This document shows, piece after piece, positions 24,145 to 38,665 of a stretch of 64,000 nucleotides of DNA. The DNA lies in NCBI GenBank assembly GCA_977017645.1, contig OZ360222.1, forward strand, positions 228,532,001-228,596,000, written 5' to 3'. Position 1 is the first letter of the stretch. The number at the start of each line of letters is the position of its first letter. The notes beneath the pieces are model-generated. The model did not search any database. It saw nothing but the letters and a program-made list of their open reading frames with translations, and was not told the DNA's origin. The position numbers were made by a program, and so were the translations under genes. The stretch comes from Torpedo marmorata. Taxonomy: Eukaryota.

Positions 24145-24760
24145 CAGAATATACACAATCAGGCAACATCCGTGGAAAAAAACAAAGCATATTTTTCAGG
24201 TCAATTACCTTTCTTCACAACTGAGAACAATGAGAAATGGGTTTAATTAACTAAGTTTCCCAGTTGTGATCAAAGTTGACTGAACTGAAATTCACTTTTT
24301 TACTCAACGGATGCTGCATGATCTGAATATTTCCTGCAATTTCTGATTCACCCCCCCCAACCACGTTTCTAGCATCTGAAGCATTTTAACATTATAAGCA
24401 AAACAACTTTTAAAATTGCAAAGAAAGCAGGAGTGGCAGGGAGAAGATAACGGGAAGGTCTGTGATAAGATGAATGGCTGAATCACAAAACCTGCAGCAG
24501 GGCTGGCTAAAAGAGCATGGTAAAGGCTGGCAAATAACAAATTATAACTGGGGAGAAGCAAATCAGAGGTCAAAATATGAATTTGCAAAAGGTGGAAAAA
24601 ATCTGAATGCTGCAAATGTGGAATACAAAGAATGCATGGCCAGCTATATGAAAATGTTGAATTCAATGTCGAGCCCAAACAGCTGAATGTGCCGTCAAAT
24701 GGCAAGGTGCTATTCCTCCAGTCTGCTTTGTATTTTATTGGAACAGAGACCAGGCAGATA
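24145..24760 (-). mobile_element. Degenerate PLE-derived fragments
   Basis: TCAGGCAACATCCGTGG..TTTCAGGTC, AAAATGTTGAATTCAATGTCGAGCCC..GGTGCTATTCCTCCAG resemble the PLE ends at 5.3-6.2 kb and 45.2-45.7 kb. Confidence 0.45.
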
Positions 24761-27700
24761 ATTGTGGGTAAACAGAAGAGAATTAAAGCATCAAGTTAAA
24801 CTTGGCTTCATAAATGCAGTATGAACTTGGTGTCTAATTTGCATTTGATTTCCCACCACTAAATGTAGTTTTCTAAAAGGGTATTGGTACAAATGATTTA
24901 CTGCTTCACTCAAATTACATTTGATGCCCTAGACAACAAAGGAGGTAAAATGACAGAAATTGCATCTCTTGTGGCTGCATGGGAAAGTTTGCGAGAAGGG
25001 GAAATGGTTAGTAGTGAGGACAGAAAAGTAAAGCGCTGTGTCCTCATGACAGTAGTTCATTTGGAATGTTGAATGGAGAACGATGAAAATGTAAAAGACA
25101 GTGCCATCACACTGGGGCTTGGTGGGGCATGCAGGAAGAAACTCCAGGTTGAATGCTCCATCACTTATGGCACAGTGGAGGAAAAAGGAAGATAAATATC
25201 AGAAACCACTTGTGTAAAAATGCCAGGAAGCTGTTATGATGATGGCAGGCATGAGAAATGTTGAAAATGTCGTTGGGAATGAGCTGTAAACAAAGATAAT
25301 CTGTCCTTGGCTGGGGAAACAAGAGGGCTGGAGTCTGTGAAGGGACAATCTCCACAGGAAACAAGGACAACCACCAAATATTTTTAATATGTCCCTGATT
25401 AAGAGGCCTTTAAAAAACCTTGAAACCAATTGAATGGTCCAGTACAAAAATAGTTACGTTTTGAAAACAAACATTATAGCAAACAATTAAAAAACCAACT
25501 TCTTACTTTTCTTCCTCATAGTTGTTGAACTCAATTAAAATGAATTTTTACAGAGAGAACTGGTACAGGTTATGCCACCAAATTCCCTGTGTTGGGAAAT
25601 TAAGCAAGTTTGTACTCAAACCCTGGACTTTAAGTGGCACAAATCAGTAAAGTTTGGTCAGTGAGTTCAGCGTTTCCACAGAAATCCTGAAGTCATCAGT
25701 ACTCAAGGGTAGACCTGGTGCTTCTGTACAGAACTGTTGGCATTTTCTAACAAGCTCTGGCCAATTACTGGTATTCACAAAAAAGTCAAACATATTTTTC
25801 TTTCTTTATTACTCCAATTCCTACCAACTTGTCACATCCACAGAGGTAATGCTAACAAAATGATATTGTTACTGTGTGGAGACAAAAAGCATTTGTTTTG
25901 ATTTATCATTTTGCAGATACTTTTCTGTCACAGAAAGGTTAAGATCCAAATTCAAAGCCAGAAAATGCCCCAGTTTACTTTGATACATTCCTGTTTCAGT
26001 TGAATATTACATCTGATACACATTCCTGGGCTTTATTTGAATTTTGGAATTCTTTTCTCCTGGCACAAATTTTGACAATGCTTTTAGCCTATTTTGCTAT
26101 GTTTCTCACTCACACAAAATATCAATATTCCGTTATGTCTCATTTCTGGGCTCTCAAATGTCCAGCAAGCATTTTTGGAGCAAATATTAATCTAGGTTGA
26201 CTATATTAGACAACATCTGGCAATTAACTTTGTTTGAATTATTAATATATTCTCTCTCCCTACTTGCCTCTCCTTCTTACTGCTTCTTCCTTTTTCTGTC
26301 TCATTCAATCTCTCTCTGGGAGGTTCTTTCTGCTCAGTAGATCACAAGGCAGCAAGAGTTGGAGCCAAGGACTGATGTTTGCAGTCATGCGCAATGTCAG
26401 GTCCATGCTGTATTCACTCTCCCATTGCAACACCAATGTGGACAATCAAGACAACGCAAGAGTGGAGCGTAAAATTCAACAGCATTGGGAGGGAAAACAA
26501 CCACTGCCAACACTTGCTTTATATGTGGGTTGAAACCATTGGGTTAGATCAATGATCTTGAAACAGATCCCACTGACACTGAACTGTGCAACAAAATCTG
26601 TTTGTTGTTTATTTCCCAATAGAAGACAGATACATATCACGACTCCAAATACATACCACAGAATTATACTGTATATCCCAAGAGCTACACAGTCCATCGG
26701 CTCAACGTTAAGACAGTGCGTGCCAGATTATGACAAAATTATCATAGGACAAAAATTACTTCTCGCTTGAATTTCTGTTGATTATTTAATTCAACGGCTA
26801 CTGACGAGTGGAAGAGGTTATTGCTATGTGGCAAATCAAAAGACCTCAATACTAAACACTTTTTAAGTGTTCAAACCTACTTTCCTGATTAAAGAGACCA
26901 AACCCAGCTTCTTTAATCACTCCACAGAACCAAAGTCCCTCATCTTTGACAGTATTCCAATAACTGTACCTTAAATGCTTCCAAAGGTCTTTAGTTTCTA
27001 TCTAAATGTCCATTATTGAACAATGTTTCAAGTGGGCTCAAAAGGACGATTTGAATAGGTTTCACACAAGTTCATTGTTTTATTTCTATATGTATTTATG
27101 AAGACAACTGTCAATAATATGTTTTTAAAAACATACCAATTTGCTCTGCTAACTAAAAAAAAAAATGTTTGCAAGATTATCTGCTCATTTTAAAAACTAA
27201 CATTCAGACGGGTGATGCCTCAATCTTTGACTTGCAAGATAACATTCAACTTGGGACAAAACACTGGAGACACATGGTACCCATGCATGTATGCTTTCAG
27301 AATCTAGTCCTGAACAGACATGTTGGAATGCAAATCAACCACTGACAGCACAGTTTGGGGTAGTTTGTTAGGCTCTGGGTTACAACAAAAACTACTTTGA
27401 GACCCTATATTTACACAGATGTTTTATATTTTCAGTGGGTCCAAATGCAGCCTAATTCTATTCCCCCATATCCATTGCCATATCTCACAGCTACATGTTG
27501 GGAAACACTGCATTAATTTAATTTTACTGAACTGGGAACTTAAGAGTAATGGACTGGCACTTTATAAATGTTATCCAACGCCCAAACAAAAAGCCTTAAC
27601 TTACATGCATTGATGGTTCAGCAAAAATAGATAATCTGACGCCCTCTGGACTTTGTTGGTGCTGGTCTGGCAGATATTCTGGACTATTGGATATTAAGCC

Positions 27701-30700
27701 AGTTAATACACTAGCACTCCTCATTCAATTTTTTTTTAAATGATACACAGTGGTACAATGAATTTTCAGTGAAGCAGGTGACTTCAAAGGGAGCATGGGA
27801 AATGGAGTTCCATTGAGTTTGAAGTTAGTATGGGAAATGGGGCCACAGTAAACCAGATGCATAAATAATAGGATTGATTGAACAGTTTTACTGTATTTCC
27901 AATTTTAGATGAATAGGGTTAAATGCACTGAAGTTATTAACCCAGATTTTAAACTTTTTGATCCATTTTAATATCAGCAAGCAAGCAGATTTTTCTTTAA
28001 ATAGCCACTTTAGATAAAGTCCGTGTAGCAAGTTCAAAATGTTGATGGTTTATGGTTAGTCCTTACTGAAGCAATTAAAAGGCAATGCAGATTTAAATAA
28101 AATGTGTAGAATTATTCAATTAGTGGCCTGGTTATTACCGATAGAATCATTTTTATTTGCTAGCTTGAACAACCAGCATTTTTTGGTCAGTGTGAAGCAA
28201 CGGAGCTCACCTCATGGAAAGTTGCCCCAAAAGATCAAGTGATCTGTGTAGCGTGTATTTCCCCTTTCCCAACATCAGTAGCTGTCAGGCAACAGTCCTA
28301 GGGGTACATCCAGCAACAGTGATGTAATCAAGAAGGCTGAACAACCAATCACATTTGAAGAATTCTCAAAGGCAACAAACCGGGAAGCAAGCAGTACATT
28401 TAGCTAACTTTTTTGGAAAACGTTGCAGAGAGATCAAACTAAAGACTGAACAGAATACACACAAGCTGTCAAGTAGAAGCCAAAATATCAAACAGACTTA
28501 GTATAAATAGTATTTTAATACCCAATAAATTTTGAAATTTGTGAGGGAATGCAATCTACATTTAAAAAGTTCGTTTGTAAGGACAATTGTGTTTGTGCAA
28601 TAATTTTGGCTAAAACTGCCAGGTGTACCAATGTCTGACATTTTACAAGTACTTTTATTATGAGAACAATTCAGAAATAATTAAAATTCTCATCAGCTTG
28701 CAGTCCAACTACCATGGATAAATCTGCAGGCCAGGGCATGCTTTGGACAGCAAGGAATCATGGAGGAAGCAACTTTGGGATTCCTACATGTGCATATTCT
28801 GGAAGTTACTGTCAGTTTTATAGTACAACAATGGTAAACACTGATGGTTTATTATTAATTGATTGCTCAATTTGTCACTTGGAGCACCTTTTATAGGTCC
28901 TTCAAGGAAAATAATTAACCACATTCATCCTACTTGCCTTGAAATGAATGGTCTTGCGAGTTGGTCAAGAAATAATGAATATGGGTGCAATTCGATTCCT
29001 GGTGTCGGATAAGGGAATTATGAATTTAAGTTGCCTCAAAGAGAAATCTGGGTTTTTTTATAAATTAGTTTTAATTTTAATGTGTAAATATCAAATCACC
29101 AAGGCACTTTACTTCTCATTATGCAGCATTAAAATCATTTTACATACATTTGTTCTTGGGATTTTTTTTATTGTAACATGCTCTATCAAAACTGTAGAAA
29201 AATTAATATCTTTCACTGCAACATTTCTTTTTTCACTCTAGCATTTAACTTATCTCTTTAACTTGCCATGCTAATTAATGCATTAAGATGTTAATTTATG
29301 ATTTCACATCTTTCAACCTGCAAATTTTAAATTCGATGACAAAGGATGCAAAGTCAAGGTAGGTGTAAACAAAAATCAGATGCTACTCCATGATGTATAG
29401 TTGGTGTGAAGACAAATGTTACACAAATCATTGGGGATTCAACCACCATTATTTTATCGTGGGGGGTGGGGGAAATGTGTGTAATAGTGCCGCAAATTGA
29501 ATGTGATTAACAAATTCTAAATCCTAATTTGACATTTTATAAACTGTTATTGCTTAATATTTACTTCATAAATGTGTACAACAAACTGGCAAAATATGAA
29601 CATTTGCTGGACAAAGCAAGTCGAAAAGAGATCATTGATTTTAAATTTCTCCTCCGACTACCTCAACACCTGTGCATTTCAAATCTATATATCATTCATT
29701 TTAAGATACCAAACAGATTCTGAAATGCAGTCTTTAGTCAAATTATTCGTGTTCACTTCCAAAGCATAAAAAGTAAACCACTGGGTTCTCTGTAAATTGT
29801 CGGGGCGAGTCGAGTCCTGTATGACAAATTGACATCATGCATGGAGGATCCAAGAACCTAGAAGTTGTTATTTATTGCAATACATTATTGATTAATTACC
29901 AATATTTAAGACAGGGCACCACCATGTACATCCACTCAGCTGGTTTTAAAAGGAGCACATAGATAATAAATGCAAGGCTTTCTGAAATCCTACCACTCAA
30001 TAAGATCATGGCTGATCTTCTACCCTAAGATCATGTTTCTACTTGATTGTCAAGAAATCTAGCAATTTCAGATTTGGATAAATGTAATGTCTGAGCATCT
30101 GTAGCTTTCTCGGGTGGGAAATTCCTCTGAGCAAAGGTATTTCTCCACTTCAAAATGGCTTGATTCAGAAACACTCTCTCTCCATCTCAACTGTCAGAGT
30201 CTTCGATCAATGAGATTTCTCATTTCTCTAAAACTACATAAACCAATTTTCATCGACAAATAACAATTACTTTTTGGTTAATGTCACTATTTTTACTGAT
30301 TTACAAAGATTATTCAATTTATTTTTGTACAATATTTCTGCTCATCTTAAGAAACCCAAGTCACCAACATAGAAAGGTGTACAATTAGGATCCATCTTCA
30401 TTTAATCCAATAGATATTACAGGCAATCTTAATATTAAAATTCTCGACTAATCATGTGAAATTAAATGATAGCTGCTCGGGTGATTTTGTTGAGTTGGTT
30501 GTGTTACTCAAATATTTATTTTCTACCTTGGAAGCAGCGTCATGAGAAATCAGAGCAACTGTTAGTGGTTATTTCTCATGGAACGGATCAGGCAGCAATG
30601 GCAACATAATTATATATTCCTATAACTAACACGTGTTTTTTTTCCTCACTAATTTTAACCATTTTTTTTTCTTTCTTTTACAAGCAAATAGTATGTGGGG

Positions 30701-32246
30701 CTTGATTACACAAGGGATTGAGTATAATTATTTGTGGCCCTAATAAGATGCGATTTGTAATATTCTTGTCTCTTTGCCCAAGGGAGGATGTATTTATGAT
30801 AGAAGTAGTAACAGCTCACCTGACCAATTACGGAAATGGTGAATACTCCCACACAAGTGATTAAGCAGTTTGCGCATATTTTCTTGAGCGAGAGGAATGA
30901 GATCTCTTAGAAGTGGAATAAATACTTAAGGGCCTTTGGAAACTCCAAATTTGGCAGTGTTATTTCCCCTGGCTAGGGTGTCTAAAACTGGGGTTGAAGT
31001 CTCAGCAATTCAGGAGAGATGTGAAGAAACTTCTTTAACTGGTGAGTGAGGAAGATTCTCCACTTGCAAGAGCTGTGTGGATACAATTGCTGGATTTTAA
31101 GGGAATCAAGGTATATGTGATTAATGCAAGAAAATGGCACCGAGGTAAAAGTTTAGCCGACATCTTACTGAATAAGCAAGAATCAGGGACTGAATGGCCA
31201 CTCCTGGCTTCAATTCATAACTCCTTGCATGCTTTGATTTTAATTCAGCTTTAATATTCAGAAAATAAAGACTCAAAAATCCCAAGCTAATTTCTTCCAA
31301 AAAAAAATCTAATGACATGGCAAAGGTCATCCTATACGATTGTATTCTTGTAAATTCACTGCCTCCAAAGCAAACTGTGTCCTTCTGCAGTTATGGAAGG
31401 AAAACTACACCGGCGAGGTAACAAAGGCTTATACATTTGCAGAATTATACCTGTACTTTAACTTGTGGCATTTCATGTACCAATATTTCCATAGCTCTAT
31501 GAAAAATACTTTCCAAAAACTTTCAAACTACAGGCCAGATTGTGCGAGAGCTTGTTTGTGGTTTAAATGGCCACAAATCTGAGATTGACTGATGAATTTT
31601 GAGGTGTGGATCTTCAATTAATTTTGCCATGCCTTTGGGAATCATTACTCAGATCCAATGTCAGGTCAGACCTGGCACAGGATGAGAAATCCCATGGATT
31701 TCAACGTGGTTTTTGGGTTTAATCACCAGGAAGCTTATTAAATTCCAAATTTATTTTTCTGAAATGTAAATGCATTTTTCTACTTAAAGGAACTTCAATA
31801 TTTATTATAAAAATAGTTTACTTCAATTTTGATATTTTTAAATGTCACTGAACAAAGTCATTTTTAACTTTCACAGACAGTAAAGTTCTATTCCTTGCTT
31901 TCATAGATGTCAAGGCCAGTTCTGGGTTTGCTGCCTGTTTACCTGGTTGCTGTCTTATCATGTTGGTCATATCTTTGTTGCAGTGTGACAAAGGTAAGCC
32001 CAAGTCAGAAGGAGGGTGAGTACAGACAATGATTGCCAGTGGTAGTTCTGGTCCACCATGATCCAGCCTACCCTATTCTACCAATCTTCATGTTAAAATG
32101 AATAACTAAACATATTCTCACATCACTATTCATCTATTCCTCCTTTCACAGTCATTCAAACTGCCAATTTTGTGGTTAATATTTAAAAAATTAGTATTTC
32201 CTCTCCAATCGAAAGTTTTGCTTACAGTTTGATATTACCACCTTAC

Positions 32247-32395
32247 CCTGCCAGCTTCACTGCTGTGCTGAAAATGCGAGCTTGCACCAATGCCGGTTGG
32301 CGAATCAGGAGAGGTGAGATTACCAGTTATTAGAATTCTGATGTCATTATCAAAGTCTTCAGCAAATATATCCTCATCCAAAATTCCTATACCAT
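32247..32395 (-). CDS. med13l: MED13L exon 28
   Basis: tcag|(D)GIGILDEDIFAEDFDNDIRILITGNLTSPDSPTGIGASSHFQHSSEAGR|gtaagg; 149 nt, phase 1 to 0. Confidence 0.9.
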
Positions 32396-32528
32396 CTGAT
32401 TGAGCAAAAACAAAACAAGTTTTGATATGAAAAGTTATTGCAGGAAATTAACACAAAAGAGTCATGACCAACCTTCTGCTTTACCACAGTTCATACAACC
32501 AAAGAGTGGTTAGATTTAATCCCATATA

Positions 32529-32846
32529 CCATATACACTTGCGTAAAAGTTATACCATGTAAAAGTCGACCCCCCTATTTTTGGCCCCAAAATTTGGTAT
32601 TTTCCATATATCATGTGCAAAGGTCGACCCTCCTATTTTTGGCCCCGCCCGCCCACCCACCCATTGGAGCTCCCGACACCTCAAACACGGACTTACTACC
32701 CGGTCGGTCCCTGCCATCCGCATGCCTATTGGAGCTCCCGACCCCTCGAATGACGCATGTACTTACCGCGGTCAAAAGACGTTGACCCCATAAATTTAAC
32801 ATTAAAAATGGTCTACAAAACTCAACTTTTACATGAGTATATTCGG
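32529..32846. mobile_element. pogo-type MITE (about 318 bp)
   Basis: Imperfect inverted ends CCATATACACTTGCGTAAAAGT and CCGAATATACTCATGTAAAAGT, flanked by TA. Internal AAGTCGACCC motifs resemble those of the element at 60248-62240. Confidence 0.75.
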
Positions 32847-33831
32847 TACCTGGTTTATACCCCCACCCTCAAATACTTGTCGTTTTCCCTCTAAATTTAT
32901 TCATAGAATAAACTTCCACCAACTTTTCACATGCATGATCCAGACTCTTACAACTTAAAAAAAATGTCCCTTGTACCGCAGAAATTTGGCCAATGCTTGA
33001 AATGGGTAATCACTAATTAGTCATCATTTGCAGAAAGGAAAAGGCTCTATGTAACCTCAACATCTCAGAAGTGACAGAGTTCAATATTCACCATTCCAAC
33101 AAAAACTATCCTAAATTTGACCTTTTGTAAATCCTTGGAACATCCTGATAAACTTTTTAAGATCTTTATATTTTTCCTGAACTGTGACTGAACCAATGAA
33201 TTATGGAGAGCTAAAAAGCTTTTTCTGCTTTTATAGTTGATAGCTCATCTTCAAATCCCTTCACTCCCAGTTTTCACTCAAATGGAACAAAATACGCTGG
33301 TACTTCACTTAACACTCCCAGGAATGCCATGATCAACTGAATCAGATCTAAAAGGGTTCATTATTAACTCTATACACAATGGCCAAGCACCAAATGAGGG
33401 CAGTAATAAGATCTGATTAGGTGAGCAAACATGAACAACATGGCCATGTTTAGCAAACTGTCTCGACACATTTGGTAAGCTGGTAAACATGATAAAATTG
33501 GACAATTCTTGCTTTAGTTTTCTAATTTTAATAGCCATTTCTCAGAGATCAAATGCAGCACTATTACAGATCAATGCTGTGTCAGGCAGTGCTAAGTAGG
33601 GTAGCAGTTTTCTTCTAGACAGGGCTGAGATGTCTGCAGAACATAAATCTATTCAGAGAAACAATTCTTACCAGCTGATAAAGGAGCATCTCCAACACAG
33701 CATTTTCCCTCCCCCACCCACCACATTATAAGCAAGTATCCAGTTTCAGCATCTAATCATGGTGCTTATGCAGAGGAACCAGTAGGTTTTTGAACTCTAA
33801 AAATCAAGAGCAACAACCAATAAATGCTCAC

Positions 33832-33999
33832 CTTGGTTCCCAAGACCTTCCAGAGCTTCAGTATTGGCAACAACTGTAGCAGCAGATGTTGGAAAAACCA
33901 GAATGTGAGTACAGGATGCATCTTGTGGGGTATTTAGCTGAGACGTTTGCAAGTTGAGAGCTGTGCCACGTCCAAATACAGAACCCATTGTGACAGCAT
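33832..33999 (-). CDS. med13l: MED13L exon 27
   Basis: ag|(D)[55 protein letters not shown]|gtgag; 168 nt. Confidence 0.94.
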
Positions 34000-34126
34000 C
34001 TTAAAGAGATCCAGAATCCAAATATTTGTCAGTTTGAGTCAGAGATTAAATAATTAAGGTTTTGAAGTAAAATGACTAAATATACATTCCAGAAATATTC
34101 AAAAGGATTTCTCAAAACATCTATAC

Positions 34127-34285
34127 CTGGCATAACAACAAATGAACCCTGTGGCTCCAGGGCAACCAAGCAGGCACTGAGAATCGTTGGTGAGTCTGCT
34201 GCTGATATGCCACACATTGTACACGTCTCCTTCAACTGTTTACTGGTAGACTGTAGTGAGCGCCGTCCAATGAGGATACTCCAAT
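34127..34285 (-). CDS. med13l: MED13L exon 26
   Basis: acag|(D)[52 protein letters not shown]|gtat; 159 nt. Confidence 0.95.
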
Positions 34286-35338
34286 CTGTGGAAAAGATGT
34301 GTACTAAGTCTTAAAAAAAAAGGAAAACTCTCATCAGGACGTGTTTTTTTAAAAAATAAAATGGGCCTAAATGCTAATTATATATTGGCTCAATTCAGTG
34401 AACTATTTTTTTGTAATTTAAAACAATATATTCATCCATAAGACTAAGGGACAAAATTTGGCCATTCATAAGAGCTGGAGGCAAGAGACTGAAGGCAATG
34501 GAACTTGAAGTAAAAACAATCTGGATTGTTTTTGTAATACAATTTTGAATATTGCCTTTAATGTGCCAAGATGTAAAAACCTGCAGCATATTTTCCTTTG
34601 GATCCCAATAAAATCAACAATTGTGGAACATGTTGCTGTGATTTCCTGATGTGTAAAACAGAGTAGTAACTTTGCACTAAGATCCCCATTCAGAAACATC
34701 AGTTCCAATGTACATTATTTCTCATGAAAAACACTTCCACTTTTCAAATGTTCCCTTCAATCGTTTCCTGAAATAGTTAGGAAACATGCTGCGGAGTTTC
34801 TTAGAATGATGCTCTTGATCCAAAATGTCCTTGCTTACAGGCATTTTCTCTCTCTCATTTCTGAAGTTAACCTTTCTCAAAAAATTCCATGTCAATGTAG
34901 TTAAGATCAGATAATTTATAATGAGGAATCACATAAAAATGTGTATCCTGCAACAGCATCTGGCGTTGAGTTGATACAATGCCTTCCTTTTCACAGATAT
35001 TCACTATACGATAATATTGATTTTTAATAAAGTGGCTCAAATTAAAGAAAACTATTCTCAAATTGCTGTGTAAACTTCAACGATGACGATTTTCCAATAA
35101 TTCAGATCAACTAACAATGTTGGATATTTGAATAATAGGCAAATTTCACTTGATATATGGTAAAGAAACACAATATATTAATGCGTTGAAGCTATGAATG
35201 GAACACATTTGTTTATTTTGCAGAACATGTTTGTCATATAATTGCGCTTCAAGAAATAAAGATGGATGACATTCCTGAATATTTCAAAATATTGCAGTTC
35301 TTATTAATAAATTGCAATTTTAAGTTAAATTTGTCAAC

Positions 35339-35481
35339 CTTTGAGCTCTCCATGACCCACTCTTCCAAGTCTTCCCATTACAATTCTCCATGGCACCGAT
35401 GTCATCTGCATTATTCCTACACACCATTCCCACAGCTTCTGCAAACCAATTTTGCGGGCAGGCACTTTACTTCTCCTTGAT
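35339..35481 (-). CDS. med13l: MED13L exon 25
   Basis: ttccag|(R)[47 protein letters not shown]|gttg; 143 nt. Not in the ORF track; read by hand. Confidence 0.94.
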
Positions 35482-36049
35482 CTGGAAAACATTATGCTTT
35501 TAATGATTCAACATTCCACATTATAGTTCTTTGGCAAGTTAAGATGCTTCCTTGCATCTTGTTCCATGCTTCAAACAGAGGAATCCTTGAAATATGGTAT
35601 TCCACAGATTTGCCTCAACTCTCATCAATTAACATTGCATGAACCCTTGATAGTCATTAAAACATTCTTCAAAGTTGGAACTTATCACAGAGCCATACTT
35701 GCCACCGTCACAGTAGCCATTTATAAATATAGGTAAAGCTCAAATTACCCATCAATTTCCAACAGGCTTGACAAGAATAAAAATGAATGAATTTCTTTAA
35801 TTTTGAATAGGCCCACTATTTTCACAATCTGCATCTAAGTGATTAATAATGCAATTTACAAAGGCAGCAATTTTGTTTTGCCAAATCTTACAATCTCAAA
35901 CAGATAAGCAGCAGTTTTTGATGGATTAATATTCCAAATTTTAAGGCTGCAGTTTGTTATATGTCCAAACAAGAATGCTTTTCAGTCACATCAAGGCAAA
36001 AAAGTGTAATCTCTACTTCCTATGGATTCCTATTAGAGATAGAGATTCC

Positions 36050-36253
36050 TATTTAAGGACTCTTACTTTTGTACTTTATTGATTTTTTTCTCTCTCTGTA
36101 TTTACATTTCTTTATTTGTTTACATGTGTACGTTGAGTCGAGTTTTTTTTTTGCACTACCAATAAGTGGTAATTCTGCAACGCCTGCATGAAAAATCTCA
36201 GGGTTGTACGTGATGTCATGTATGTACGCTGACAATAAATCTGAAATCTGAAA
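36050..36253 (+). mobile_element. Retroposon 3' tail fragment (Rex/RTE-type tail)
   Basis: T-rich body, then AATCTCAGGGTTGTA..GTATGTAC..GACAATAAA(TCTGAAA)2 tandem tail. Confidence 0.55.
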
Positions 36254-36682
36254 CTTTATTCAGACATAGAATTTAGAATAGTTAGATTAACATCATGGTT
36301 GACGCAGGCATGGTGGGCCAAAAGGCTTGTTCCTGTTATGCACATAACATATACATAGAAACAGAAACAGAAAGTTTTCAATAAAATGTTGTCATTGTCA
36401 ATATTCGGTTTAAACTTTTCAACCAAAAATAATCGAAAAGTAGACAATGATAATACAAATCAAGAGAAATACAAATGTATAATTAATATTTCAGATTACA
36501 GGTAGTGCATGTTCAACACCGAATGAGTATTTTGTGAAAATTACTTGAAAAGATTGCTATTTTATAAAGACGTTTTAAATATCGAACTCCAGTCTACATA
36601 CCATTTTATTAAGGTTACTTTTAACTTATTTGAAATAGAAATGATTCTCAAGGTAAAAAATATTTTGAGCTTAAATTCTCAC

Positions 36683-36906
36683 CTGTTGGGTACATCAATG
36701 TTCAAGATGCATGTCTCCAGTAATTCCCCATGGACATCTGTACAGGATGCCAGTAGCCACCTCTGATCATGGGATAAACAATAACCCACAAAAAGCACAT
36801 TGTACTTTTGGCTTGCCTCTCCAAACGTCTCCCCTAGCTCGGTCTGTTTGTCCTTGATTGGTGCCAAGATATAAGGAGGTGAGTACACCTGGATAGGATG
36901 GGGACG
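36683..36906 (-). CDS. med13l: MED13L exon 24
   Basis: ccag|[74 protein letters not shown](R)|gtgag; 224 nt. Confidence 0.95.
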
Positions 36907-37493
36907 CTGGAATTGGAAAAAATAAACGTATAATTCGAAAAGAAATAAAATTGTCAGTGACTATATTATTCCCTTTATAAAAATAATAAGCTAGTGAGAA
37001 TACAAGTCACCATATTATGGGCATGTAAAATAATACTGGATGAGAACATGAAGCAATCTGCAATATAATTTGCCATTCTCTTCTGTTACGTGGAATGGAG
37101 CAATTAAATAATTTTAATGACAACTGCAAATAATGAGAGTTCTATAATCTAAAAAAAGATTCAAGGAAGAATGGGGAAATCAGAAAGTAAAATATATAAA
37201 CATCTTATTTCACAATAGATATTTAATTATGAATGAAAAACACTGAAGTACTTGAGACAAAGGAGCACACAGTGACCTTAAGCTTAAGTGCAAAATGCAA
37301 GCAGGTGGGCAAATGAAAGGAAGTGAAAATCCAAAGCCAGTGATCACAAGATGAGAATAGTAAACATTCTTTAAAATAATTATGCGCCTTTACACAAATA
37401 ATTAATTTGCATATAATGAACTGCATGATTATCGACGTGCAAAACTTAGTGCAAATCAATAATTACCAATGGAAATTGCAAACTAGTACACAC

Positions 37494-37682
37494 CTCTGTA
37501 TGCTTAAGGGTCATTTCTATTGTGGAAGCAGGACCAAAGCCAGTTAGTGATTTAATGTGGATCTGTGTGGGAAGTGGCCGTCTGCATTGAGTGTAAACCG
37601 AAAATGCCAGTGATTTTAAGTGCTGTATATAGAAACTGTGATCATCTTTCACTGGTTGTAGCAGATACTGGCAAGGCACAAT
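37494..37682 (-). CDS. med13l: MED13L exon 23
   Basis: ttcag|[63 protein letters not shown]|gtgtgt; 189 nt. Confidence 0.95.
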
Positions 37683-37932
37683 CTGAAACAAAACAAAAGT
37701 TTCACCCTTCTATGCACCACATTGCGAGGTAACAGCTACAATACAACTTATTTTTAAAAGCAGAGGCATGTCCAATTGCTGAAGCATAGCTATTATACAG
37801 TAGGAAACAAATGCTGCACAATGAAAACTAGCATTTTTTGTTCTACATTAATGTAAAACAAGGTTCTGAACAAAACAATTGAGGTGGAATACTGAATTTG
37901 CTGAACTAAAATACAATTTAGCTTTCAATTAC

Positions 37933-38152
37933 CTGGACAGTGAATGCATTCCTCATATGCTCTGGCAGATTATCCAGCATCTCCATGTAGCACCGTAACA
38001 GACCGAGCAATGATCCACTTGTAAAGGATGACTCTTCGTCTGATGAATACACAAAAGGATCAACAAGATAGATGACGACAGCTGGTGGATATGCATTGCT
38101 GTCAGCTGACTCGGGTTCAGTTGGAATTCCTATCCGCTCTCTCTCTGTAGTA
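37933..38152 (-). CDS. med13l: MED13L exon 22
   Basis: ttacag|(S)[41 protein letters not shown]|gtaatt; 220 nt, begins in phase 2. Confidence 0.93.
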
Positions 38153-38442
38153 CTGTAATATTGAAACATATGGATGTGAAATTATTAACAGCGTTCAGTT
38201 AACTTATAAACACATTTCAACATCACTCCCAAATATAAACACTTCAGATGAAAAACCTCTGCTATCAACACTTCCAGAACACAGCCATTCGCAAGAAGCA
38301 AATAAAATTTCGTCTTCATCACTTTGCCCAGTTTTCTTCTGCACTCACCCTTCTCAATATTTCCAGTTGGCAAGGTTTCATTGACTGTCTTACTCTGTTT
38401 TACGTTTTTTGGGGGATGGAGGATCTGATAACATGCTTAATT

Positions 38443-38665
38443 TTAATTTAGAGGCACAGCACAGTAACAGACCCTTCTGGTCCACAAGCCCATGCCACCC
38501 GAATACACCAATTAACCTATAAAACCCGTACGTCTTTGGAATGTAGGAGGAAACCCACGGAGACACGGAGAGAGGGTACAAACTCTGCAGAAAATGCTGG
38601 ATTCGAACCCAGGTCACTGGTGATGTAATAGCATTGCACTAAACTCTAAGCTAACTGTGCCACCC
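38443..38665 (-). mobile_element. tRNA-derived V-SINE
   Basis: Minus strand starts GGGTGGCACAGTTAGC, with B box GGGTTCGAATCC, V-domain GAGTTTGTAC..CCGTGGGTTTCCTCC and a CR1-like tail. Confidence 0.85.
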
